Shown: one piece after another, positions 40,484-49,166 of the stretch
Layout of the letters: each line of letters begins with the position of its first letter
How positions within the stretch are numbered: position 1 is the stretch's first letter
Assembly (NCBI GenBank): GCA_030867685.1
Contig: JAQOWU010000001.1
Location: 682,001-746,000, forward strand
DNA length: 64,000 nt
From: Wickerhamiella versatilis
Taxonomy: Eukaryota
Reading direction: 5' to 3'
Position numbers and translations under genes: made by a program
Notes under the pieces: model-generated
What the model saw: the letters and a program-made list of their open reading frames with translations, nothing else
Told to the model about the DNA's origin: nothing
Database searches by the model: none

Positions 40484-40999
40484 ATGTTTCTTCGAAGAAT
40501 CTTGTCTGCTAATAGTATTCGGAGGTTTGGAACCTTTCCGCCGCGTTTAGGACTCTTGAAAGTTCCAAAGCTCGATGTAAAGCCTGCTGCCAGTGAGGAT
40601 ATAGTGCGCTGGCGTAGTGGATACCTTTCGCCAGATGCCGCATCATTAAAACCGCTTGAGGAGGCAGATGCACTCTATGCACGGCTGCACATCCATAACT
40701 GGAATCTACTTGTTACACAAGGTGACATCATTAAGCTCCCGGTGAACATGAAGGATGTCAAAGTAGGGGACAAAATAGTGTTTAACGAGGTTTCACAAAT
40801 AGGAAGTCGGACACACACATTAACAGGCTCTCCTCGCATTGATCCTGGCCTTTTCACTGTAAAAGGAGTTGTTATGGAGAAAACTCGGGTGAAGCGAGCG
40901 GTAGATCACGTTACACGACGAAGACGTCGCCACGTCAGAAATGTTGTATCGAATAATTGCCTTACGGTTATTCGCGTGTCAGAACTACGGCTTAATTAA
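40484..40999 (+). CDS. MRPL49: Mitochondrial ribosomal protein bL21m
   Basis: YARLHIHNWNLLVTQGD, IGSRTHTLTG, RRRRRHVR, TVIRVSEL; presequence from ATG 40484. Confidence 0.88.
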   Translation: MFLRRILSANSIRRFGTFPPRLGLLKVPKLDVKPAASEDIVRWRSGYLSPDAASLKPLEEADALYARLHIHNWNLLVTQGDIIKLPVNMKDVKVGDKIVFNEVSQIGSRTHTLTGSPRIDPGLFTVKGVVMEKTRVKRAVDHVTRRRRRHVRNVVSNNCLTVIRVSELRLN

Positions 41000-41300
41000 T
41001 GTACATAAAAGTATGGGAATGCTACAGAAGTCTTATGATGGGAGAAACAAGCTCTTAGCTTGCTATCATTTTTTTTGAGAGCACCTGTTAAAATCTAAGC
41101 ATAAATTTTTTAGAACACTTGTCAGAGATATATCACAGCTGAATTTGGAGTCAAATTATTTGAAAAAAAGAGACTGGAAAGCACTTTATAGGACTGTGGA
41201 GAATTTGCCAGGCCGGTGAAATGATCAATGATGACACATATATCGCGGACACTCTCGCACACACACATTACAAATTACCTCCAAGTAACCACCATATATC

Positions 41301-42578
41301 ATGGCTTGGAAGATTGCTCTCTACAGTGTCGCTATTGCTGATGTAGCCTTCGGTGCTTACATGCGGTATCGTCAGAACAGAGCTCTTCAAAAGCATTCTG
41401 CGAGTGCGCTTGGAAAGGAAGAGCACAAGGATTCTGAGAAACGAACGTCCTATAATGTGGCTAAGCTTACCTTCAGCTCCATTTCTAGCATTTATGGCCT
41501 CGCATGGTCACTTGTCGAAACAAAATACAACTGGACGCACCTAATATACACGTATGCGACCACCCGAGTACTCGCGCCGAGTGCTGGTGTGTTCAAGACA
41601 TCTGCTGTTTTCACGGCAATAACGTCTCTCATTGGCCAGTTGCAATCTCTACCAATCTCTTACTGGTCTACCTTTGTTCTTGAGGAAAAATTCGGTTTCA
41701 ACAAAACTACATATGGTAGATTTGTGAAGGATGAAGTCCTTGGGTGCATTGTGTCGACCGTTGTTAGTGCTGGGTTATTTGCAGTCCTGGCAAAAGTAAC
41801 ACAGCATGTAACAGTATGGTTCCCGATACAAATGGCTGCTGTGCTCTTTTCCTTCATGGTTGTTTTGCAGTATTCTTTCCCCGCACTGATCCTGCCACTT
41901 TTTAACAAATTCACTCCCCTGGAGGAAGGAAAGCTAAGAACCGAGATTGAGAAGCTTGCTGAGTCTCAAGGCTTCCCCTCCGACAAAATCTATGTTATCG
42001 ATGGCTCAACTCGGTCGTCGCACTCCAACGCCTTTTTCGTGGGGCTCCCCGGCTATAAGCAGATCTGCCTTTACGATACTTTACTTAAAACTGATAATGA
42101 TGGAGAAATCCTCGCAATCCTCTCACATGAACTTGGTCATTGGAAAATGAACCACATTCCGAAGGCGCTGTTCCTCAACGTGGCAGCCTTTAGTTCCATT
42201 CTAGCCCTCGCCCCTCCACTGCTAAAGAGTCAAGGTTTCTTCACCGAACTAGGATTTGGGCCGAATGAGCGACCACCGCTTGTTGCATTGATGGTATTTT
42301 TCCAGCTAGCGCAGTCATTGTTTACTGCTTTGACCTTCATCCAGCACTGGCTTTCACAGACTAACGAATACCAGGCTGATGCATTCGCAGCGAAACTGGG
42401 AAGAGGAAAAGAGCTTATTGCAGCGCTTGCAACGCTTGACAAGGAGAATCTGGGTGCCGAAGTTGTTGATCCTATTTATTCTGTTTATGCTCGATCGCAT
42501 CCTGTCACAAAAGACCGATTCGCTGCCATTGAAAAAGAAATGGCAGCTCTCGAGGAAAGCAAAAAAAAGTCTGATTAG
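41301..42578 (+). CDS. STE24: CAAX prenyl protease (M48 zinc metalloprotease)
   Basis: FVLEEKFGFNK, PLFNKFTPL, DGSTRSSHSNAF, HELGH, EYQADAFA, SHP. Confidence 0.9.
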   Translation: MAWKIALYSVAIADVAFGAYMRYRQNRALQKHSASALGKEEHKDSEKRTSYNVAKLTFSSISSIYGLAWSLVETKYNWTHLIYTYATTRVLAPSAGVFKTSAVFTAITSLIGQLQSLPISYWSTFVLEEKFGFNKTTYGRFVKDEVLGCIVSTVVSAGLFAVLAKVTQHVTVWFPIQMAAVLFSFMVVLQYSFPALILPLFNKFTPLEEGKLRTEIEKLAESQGFPSDKIYVIDGSTRSSHSNAFFVGLPGYKQICLYDTLLKTDNDGEILAILSHELGHWKMNHIPKALFLNVAAFSSILALAPPLLKSQGFFTELGFGPNERPPLVALMVFFQLAQSLFTALTFIQHWLSQTNEYQADAFAAKLGRGKELIAALATLDKENLGAEVVDPIYSVYARSHPVTKDRFAAIEKEMAALEESKKKSD

Positions 42579-42627
42579 CTGAAACCTAACTTAGAGTAAA
42601 TATGCGTAACTCGTAAATACAATAGCC

Positions 42628-43191
42628 CTATTGGTCAAAGAAAACCGCTTTAGGATCCTGTGGACGGCCATCTTGGCCAATGTTATGATAAGAAAATTTA
42701 TTCTGTACGTACCGTGTACGTGCCTCATCGAAAGATTCTCGATACCATAGCATATAAATCCAAACTCGAATTTTTGACAATGTCTCCAAGCCTTTGCGCG
42801 AGTCTTGGCTTTCTATATTATCCGAAAGATCGAAAGACTCCGAAGAAAGTCCCATAGCTTCATCTGAGCGGAAAGAATTGCTATTTCTGAGAAGTCGCCG
42901 AGTGGCGTGATAAACGAAGCGCGAAGCCTTCCAGATAATCATAAAAGTCACATAGAGCAATACAATTGTTACTGCAACAGTCAATCCTAGCAATGTCAGG
43001 TATCCTACTATCAAAAATACCTGCTTCAGGATGTGCGCGAGCCACTTCATTAGCATCTCCATTGTTCCTTCCTCATGATCTGGTGGGTTCCTGTGCGACG
43101 TCACAGAGCTCGCATAGCTCGAAACGTATCTCCAAAAGCTCCCCACAGTATCTTTAGATTGTTTATAGATAGAAGACAGATTGCACCTCAT
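42628..43191 (-). CDS. DUF2015/UPF0357-type small fungal membrane protein
   Basis: GLSSESFDLSDN..DSRKGL, FDEAR, NIGQDGRPQDPKAVFF C-terminus; N-terminal TM; true start may be a later Met. Confidence 0.72.
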   Translation of the reverse strand: MRCNLSSIYKQSKDTVGSFWRYVSSYASSVTSHRNPPDHEEGTMEMLMKWLAHILKQVFLIVGYLTLLGLTVAVTIVLLYVTFMIIWKASRFVYHATRRLLRNSNSFRSDEAMGLSSESFDLSDNIESQDSRKGLETLSKIRVWIYMLWYRESFDEARTRYVQNKFSYHNIGQDGRPQDPKAVFFDQ

Positions 43192-43863
43192 TTCTGTGGA
43201 ACGTATAATTTGTCATCTCCTGTAATCTGTTATAAATTGTCACAGAATGATCACTAAGTATAGGTGCCTAGGCGGGACGGGATAGGACAAGAAGGAAAGG
43301 AAAATTCTCATAATTTTTTGAGAGTCTAGAGACTACCAATTTTATTGTAGTATGATTTAGAGCTCGACATCACGGACTTGCTTCGCACTATGAATTTGGG
43401 TATCACTAGTGTCAAGTTTTGTTAAACATGTCTTAAATGGATACATCTAGATGTTATTTCAACTGGAAATTATCACTAATGACACTAAAAGGTTCACACT
43501 TTATACTCCGTAGTCTTGGGACACTGCAACATATGCGTTTTGATTAGTGTTCCTATCTGGAGCAACAGCGGTAAGGATGCCTTCAGAACCCAATTACTCT
43601 ACTAAAATGAAAGCGAATTATCTGAAAAAGAAGAAGAATACTCTATTCTGCCTCTATGGGCGTTTAAGGGAAATTCATAATTAGTGTAGTAGTTTCAACC
43701 CAGAACTATACATGAGTGGCAGGTAAGGACAACCAAAGAAATATCCTAGGTATTAAAAGGACAAACTCAATAATAACCGTAACCACAAACCATTCTTTTT
43801 TTCACGTCTTGGATTGCATTTAATTTACATGCATGTGTTAGTAATAGGAACGCGTCTACCGAA

Positions 43864-45018
43864 ATGGAGCTGTCGGCTCAGGGACCCGTCGAGGGAGCTA
43901 CGGAAGAGGCACTGAGATATCTAGCTTGGAAGAAGAACTCTCCCTTCTTATATGAGACCATGTTGACTTTTGAATTGCCGTGGCCATCTCTGACCGTGGA
44001 GTGGCATCCGGAAGTCAATTATTCGCGTCATGAACAGCAGCTTATTTTGGGAACCACTACTTCAGGCGAAGCACCAGAATATTTGAGGATGACGAAGCTG
44101 ACGCTCCCGAATCCCCAGTTCAAAAATATCGATACTTTTAATGGAGAAACTGGTACTTTAGGAGGTTATTATCCAGAGCATTCCGAAATGAAAATAACAC
44201 AATGCATCGACTTCAGTGGTGGAGTCAACAAGGCTCGTTATATGCCACAAAATCCTAATATTCTTGCTGCAATTTCATCGACAGGCCAAGCTGGGGTATG
44301 GGACGTCACCAAGTTTTCGTCGCATCCATCTGGCAAGTTCAATCCTAGTATTACGCTCTCGGGGCACGAAGTCGAAGGGCTTGGGCTTGATTGGTCGGAG
44401 AAGACAGAGGGGATTCTAGCTACTGCCGACAACTCTGGCCGAGTTTTGATATGGGATATTCAAAACTTCAACCCTGAGCAACATTTCAAACCGACATGGG
44501 AGGTCAAAACTGCAGCAGTTGCAGATATAGAGTGGAATCCACACCATGACGCCATACTTGCAACTGTTTCTGATGACGCGACTATGTCAATATTTGATTA
44601 CCGGGCAAGACAAACTCAGCAACAGACCCCTCTCGGTTATACACCATCTGCATTTGCATGGAATAAGTCAAATCCCTATCTCGCTGCTATCGGTTTTGAA
44701 AGTGGAGCTATCGAGCTCTGGGATATTAGACAAAACTCCTATGTCCTGGGAAAATGGCAAAATCATGAAGGTGCCGTATCAGCTATTGACTGGAATTTGC
44801 ATCACCCTGCCGTATTGTCCTCAGGATCTGATGACTGCACAGTGTGTATTTGGGACGCTTCGTTGATCGAGGACCCATTACGGTTTTGTCATGGTGGGCA
44901 TACCGCTCCAGTCGGAGACATAAGTTGGAATCCAGCGGAACCTGCAATGCTGGCGTCTGTGTCAACGGATAATGCACTTCACGTATTCAGACCCGGTCTG
45001 GATATAATAGGATTTTAA
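43864..45018 (+). CDS. HAT2: RbAp46/48-family WD40 histone chaperone (Hat2/Msi1)
   Basis: YLAWKKNSPFLYE, WPSLTVEW, VNKARYMPQNP, FCHGGHTAPVGDISWNP; could instead be MSI1. Confidence 0.75.
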   Translation: MELSAQGPVEGATEEALRYLAWKKNSPFLYETMLTFELPWPSLTVEWHPEVNYSRHEQQLILGTTTSGEAPEYLRMTKLTLPNPQFKNIDTFNGETGTLGGYYPEHSEMKITQCIDFSGGVNKARYMPQNPNILAAISSTGQAGVWDVTKFSSHPSGKFNPSITLSGHEVEGLGLDWSEKTEGILATADNSGRVLIWDIQNFNPEQHFKPTWEVKTAAVADIEWNPHHDAILATVSDDATMSIFDYRARQTQQQTPLGYTPSAFAWNKSNPYLAAIGFESGAIELWDIRQNSYVLGKWQNHEGAVSAIDWNLHHPAVLSSGSDDCTVCIWDASLIEDPLRFCHGGHTAPVGDISWNPAEPAMLASVSTDNALHVFRPGLDIIGF

Positions 45019-45297
45019 ATTCCTAAATATTTGTTTCTTAATATTTATATGCTCGTCCTAATCCGCATCATCCAATTGTTAACAAAAATGTTCGATAGGA
45101 CAGTTCATTGAAAAATAGCTTAGTCGACGCTTACAGTTATATATATATTACGTATTATGCAGCGCATGATCGCGACAAGCATTTTTGGCCCTCTCATTTG
45201 CTATTTAGCTGCAGAATAAAAAAATCGGCTCAACTCAGCTTGGCTCCATAACCAGGTCTATGAGATAACCGGTGTGCCGTATCTTCCTTGCTGACAC

Positions 45298-47754
45298 ATG
45301 TCGCGGAGTCGGGAGGAGCGTGAGGATGTCCCTAAATTTTTGGTGAATGATATCCCTCGTTGGAGTGAAGTTCCTAAAACTCCAGGTACAGGTAAAAATG
45401 GTCCATATCCAACCATACCGCGGCGCACTCCTCGCCAAAGTCCAGATACCACCAAAAATTCAAGCATAAGCACAGCTGACGAGTCAGAATTCTTCACCGC
45501 ACCGGATAGCATACCTGAGGGAGCTGAATCTTTCAGACGCAGGCAAAACCAAGCAAATCTCCGACCTAGTGCAAAACCGCTTCAGGTGCCTTGGACTGTC
45601 AGCGACCCACAAGCTTGGACTAATGAACGAGTGATCCAATGGTTGAAATTAAATGGGTTTAGTTCTAATTGGATTGAGGTATTTCGTGAAAAAAACATAG
45701 AAAAGGATGAATTCTTTTCTCTTTCTAGCTACCCGAAGCTAAAGAAACTTGGAATTCCAGAATCTCCTGCGAAGTTTATGCGGCTGTTGCGGGTATTCGC
45801 ACCTGTGGCTCATACTGAACCACCCCAGAGGCCCCAACCCAACTCGCAGTCTTCCCCACCTGGTTCTACACAAGGTCAAGCGTCGCAAGGACAACAGCTT
45901 ACAGGTACAAAGCGGACTTCCTTGGAGAAGCTGCTCTTTTTGGATAGGCGGTTTCGTCCCCGTAGACCCTTTTTGCCCGGTGCATCTGTGCTAATCACGA
46001 CAGACAACAAGAACTTTAGCCTGGTTAATGTTGGACGATGCTTCAGTGGGGAAGCTGTTCGTACCCGGGTTATGGAAGAATTAGATTCAAGTGGAGCCGT
46101 GATGCATTTAACCGACTATTTTTGCACTGCGGGAGATCCGCTCAGTAATGAACTCCTCTGGAATGTGCTTTGTGCTGCTGCGGGAGATATTCTTAAATTT
46201 TATGTCGAAGTGCCGAACCAAGACTCGTCTGAAGACACTCTGAGCCCTTCAGCGACTGGTCGCTATCCGTCGACGCCATCATATCTTATGGTGGGTGCGG
46301 CAGGCACAAATAATGCTGGCGACTACTTCAATCAGACCCAGCCTAGGACAGGGCTGGTTCCACTGAGAACAGCACCAAAACCTCCGCTGGCCAGATCGGC
46401 ATCATCTCGATATCGTCCTGAGCTGAGTCCAGTCTTACCCAGCCCAAGAGTAAACACTGATGATGAGAGTGCAGATGCAGATGAGAGTGATTGGGCAGAT
46501 GCACCATCGCTGGAAGAAGAGTCTCCCACGGCTCAAGGAGGTATTTGGGCTCGTAGGCCTGAAAGCCAAGTTGGTGAGTTAATGTCACCATCATTACCCC
46601 CAACACGACCTCCAGCAGAGGTAGTTTATGAGAACCTTGAGAAATTCTTCCCCGATACTGATCTAGACAAGCCAGCGCCAGCCCAGCCACGAGGACAAGC
46701 TGGCTTATCAAGAGCTAAGTCCATTCGAGTCGTTGCCCGTGAAGCGTCACGCAAGTCTGGAGCCTTAGTTCGACGGAAATCAACTAAAATGTGGGGACGC
46801 CCGGTCGTTGAAATGCGAAATGTCACCACTCTTCGCGACCGTAAACAGTATGTTTGGGTGAGAGGTGAGATTTTAGGTCATGGATCGTTTGGGCGAGTTT
46901 ACCTGGGTTTGAATGCTACTACTGGAGATATGATGGCCGTGAAACAGGTTCAGAACAATGGCCGTGCGTCAAAAGAATATATGGGAGCCTTATATGCGGA
47001 AGTTGAAAATATGAAGGATCTCGATCACCCAAACATTGTACAATACCTTGGATTTGAAGTCTTGGAGGACGCTTCCAATCTATTCCTTGAGTATGTGCCA
47101 GGTGGCTCTGTAAAATCGCTCTTACTTCACTTTGGCCGCTTCACGGAATCGACAATTCAGTTTTTTACCAAGCAAATACTGGAAGGCTTATCCTATCTGC
47201 ATTATAGAGGAATTCTTCATCGTGATCTAAAGTCAGACAACCTGCTTTTAGACATTGACGGTACAGTGAAGATTAGTGATTTTGGTATTTCTAAACGATC
47301 GCGAGATATTTATGCAAACAATGCAGAAATGAGTATGCAAGGGACTATATTTTGGATGGCACCTGAGGTAATCCACAACGTCATAAAAAATCAACGGCAA
47401 GGTTATTCGGCTAAAGTTGATATCTGGTCTCTGGGATGCGTGATTCTTGAAATGTTTGTGGGTCAGCGTCCATGGTCTACAGAGGAGGCTATTGGGGCGA
47501 TGTACAAGTTAGGATCTGATAGACAGGCGCCGCCTATTCCAGAGAGTGCTCAAGTGAGTGACGCAGGCCGCTCGTTCTTAGACGATTGCTTTACCGTCGA
47601 GCCAGAAAAGAGACCGACTGCTCGTCAATTGCTATTACATCCATTTTGTTTGACTCTGACGCCCACTTATGATTTCACAAAAACTCAACTCGGTCGCATT
47701 TTGGCCAGTTCTGCTTCAAAACGCCACTTCGATTCTTCAGCTCTTTCAGCTTAG
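45298..47754 (+). CDS. BCK1: Cell-wall-integrity MAPKKK
   Basis: SAM-like WTNERVIQWL, RPPAEVVYENLEKFFP, RRKSTKMWG, kinase domain GHGSFG/HRDLKSDN/DFG, QGYSAKVDIWSLGC. Confidence 0.92.
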   Translation: MSRSREEREDVPKFLVNDIPRWSEVPKTPGTGKNGPYPTIPRRTPRQSPDTTKNSSISTADESEFFTAPDSIPEGAESFRRRQNQANLRPSAKPLQVPWTVSDPQAWTNERVIQWLKLNGFSSNWIEVFREKNIEKDEFFSLSSYPKLKKLGIPESPAKFMRLLRVFAPVAHTEPPQRPQPNSQSSPPGSTQGQASQGQQLTGTKRTSLEKLLFLDRRFRPRRPFLPGASVLITTDNKNFSLVNVGRCFSGEAVRTRVMEELDSSGAVMHLTDYFCTAGDPLSNELLWNVLCAAAGDILKFYVEVPNQDSSEDTLSPSATGRYPSTPSYLMVGAAGTNNAGDYFNQTQPRTGLVPLRTAPKPPLARSASSRYRPELSPVLPSPRVNTDDESADADESDWADAPSLEEESPTAQGGIWARRPESQVGELMSPSLPPTRPPAEVVYENLEKFFPDTDLDKPAPAQPRGQAGLSRAKSIRVVAREASRKSGALVRRKSTKMWGRPVVEMRNVTTLRDRKQYVWVRGEILGHGSFGRVYLGLNATTGDMMAVKQVQNNGRASKEYMGALYAEVENMKDLDHPNIVQYLGFEVLEDASNLFLEYVPGGSVKSLLLHFGRFTESTIQFFTKQILEGLSYLHYRGILHRDLKSDNLLLDIDGTVKISDFGISKRSRDIYANNAEMSMQGTIFWMAPEVIHNVIKNQRQGYSAKVDIWSLGCVILEMFVGQRPWSTEEAIGAMYKLGSDRQAPPIPESAQVSDAGRSFLDDCFTVEPEKRPTARQLLLHPFCLTLTPTYDFTKTQLGRILASSASKRHFDSSALSA

Positions 47755-47828
47755 AAACTGCGGGGCAGTAGTGTAGTTTAATCTCTTAATTATTTTTAAT
47801 GAATCTTCAATAATTGATTTCGATAGCC

Positions 47829-47835
47829 AAAAAAA
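47829..47835 (-). terminator. Pol III oligo-T terminator of tRNA-Tyr
   Basis: A7 run on + strand (T7 on -) immediately after the discriminator base. Confidence 0.85.
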
Positions 47836-47920
47836 TCTCACGGGTGTGACTCGAACACACGATCCTAGGATGACTTGCTGACATTACAGTCCTATGCCTT
47901 ACCAGCTTGGCCACCGTGAG
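47836..47920 (-). tRNA. tRNA-Tyr(GTA) with 12-nt intron (47872-47883)
   Basis: Acceptor CTCACGG/CCGTGAG+A, D-arm GCC-AAGCTGGTAA-GGC, anticodon stem TAGGA/TCCTA with CTGTAA then intron after position 37, T-arm GTGTG-TTCGAGT-CACAC. Confidence 0.97.
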
Positions 47921-47968
47921 TGAATAATCGATATGTGAACTCTCCCGGAATTACTTCCACCCTATGTT

Positions 47969-48985
47969 CTAAGGACTAGTATCTCTGATTTTCAAAACAA
48001 TTTTACCGTAGTGGAGGTTTGAGTCCATCAATGCATGCGCATCTCTCACATTCTCCAATCGGAAAGTACTATGTATAACAGGGCGTATCTCGCCATGCTC
48101 GATTTTAGGCCATACTTGCTCCTCTAAGTCGCGAGCTACAAGCGCCTTCTCCTCAACAGTTCTAGCCCGCAATGTTGATCCTGTGTGTTGAAGCCTTTTT
48201 ATCATCAATGGAAAGAGGTTGACCTCTTTTGCAGGTCCCATCAAACTTGCGATCTGCACAATGCGGCCAAATTTCGCCGCTGCTTGATAATTGAGGTTAA
48301 CATATTCGCCTCCGACCATATCCAATATCAGATTGACACCAGTGCCATCCGTAAGTTTCGATACAGATTCAGCAAAATTCTCTTCATGGTAATTTATGGA
48401 GAGTGCACCTAGCTTCTCGCATACAGAAGCCTTTGCTGAAGACCCTACCGTTACAATGACGTGGGACGCTCCAAATGCCTTCGCTAGCTGAATTGCAGCA
48501 GTGCCTATACCAGAACTTCCACCATGGATGAGTATTTTTTCGCCCTTCGACAAACCTCCATCCTGAAAAACATTCGTCCAGACAGTCATGAACGTCTCAG
48601 GAATGGCGGCAGCTTCTGTCATACTGAGACCTGCTGGTACAGGAAGTGCGCTCTGTTCGTGGATCACACAATACTCGGCATATCCGCCTCCAGCAACAAG
48701 TCCACAAATCCTGCTACCAACAGAGAACCTCTTAACATCAGGTCCCGTAGCTACTACCTCTCCAGATATTTCTAGCCCAGGGATATCAGAGGCTCCTGGG
48801 GGAGGTGGATATTTACCCTGTCTCTGCATGACATCTGGTCGGTTTATACCTGCAGCAGATACTAGGACAAGCAATTCTCCCTTACCTGGCTTTGGTACAG
48901 GTCTTTCTTCGCACACTATGACTTCGGGTCCTCCAGCTCCCTTAAAAACCGCAGCTTTCATTTGCGATGGCAGGTTCTGCGTCAT
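47969..48985 (-). CDS. NAD(P)H quinone oxidoreductase, PIG3 family, bacterial-type
   Basis: INRPDVMQRQGKYPPPPGASDIPGLE, PETFMTVWTNVF, LIHGGSSGIG, TGSTLRAR, GKIVL; ATG at 48985. Confidence 0.9.
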   Translation of the reverse strand: MTQNLPSQMKAAVFKGAGGPEVIVCEERPVPKPGKGELLVLVSAAGINRPDVMQRQGKYPPPPGASDIPGLEISGEVVATGPDVKRFSVGSRICGLVAGGGYAEYCVIHEQSALPVPAGLSMTEAAAIPETFMTVWTNVFQDGGLSKGEKILIHGGSSGIGTAAIQLAKAFGASHVIVTVGSSAKASVCEKLGALSINYHEENFAESVSKLTDGTGVNLILDMVGGEYVNLNYQAAAKFGRIVQIASLMGPAKEVNLFPLMIKRLQHTGSTLRARTVEEKALVARDLEEQVWPKIEHGEIRPVIHSTFRLENVRDAHALMDSNLHYGKIVLKIRDTSP

Positions 48986-49166
48986 GTTACAGTATCCAGA
49001 CAGGCTAACTAAGCGATAAACGATTTGGTCTAGAACAGAGCAACTACTTGCGGGCAAACAGGGAAGCAATCATCATGCAATTCGAAGCTTAAGCGAAGGA
49101 AAAGAAAAATAAGAGATATATTATAATTTTAAACAACACCTACATATAATAATGCCAGAGACGTCG

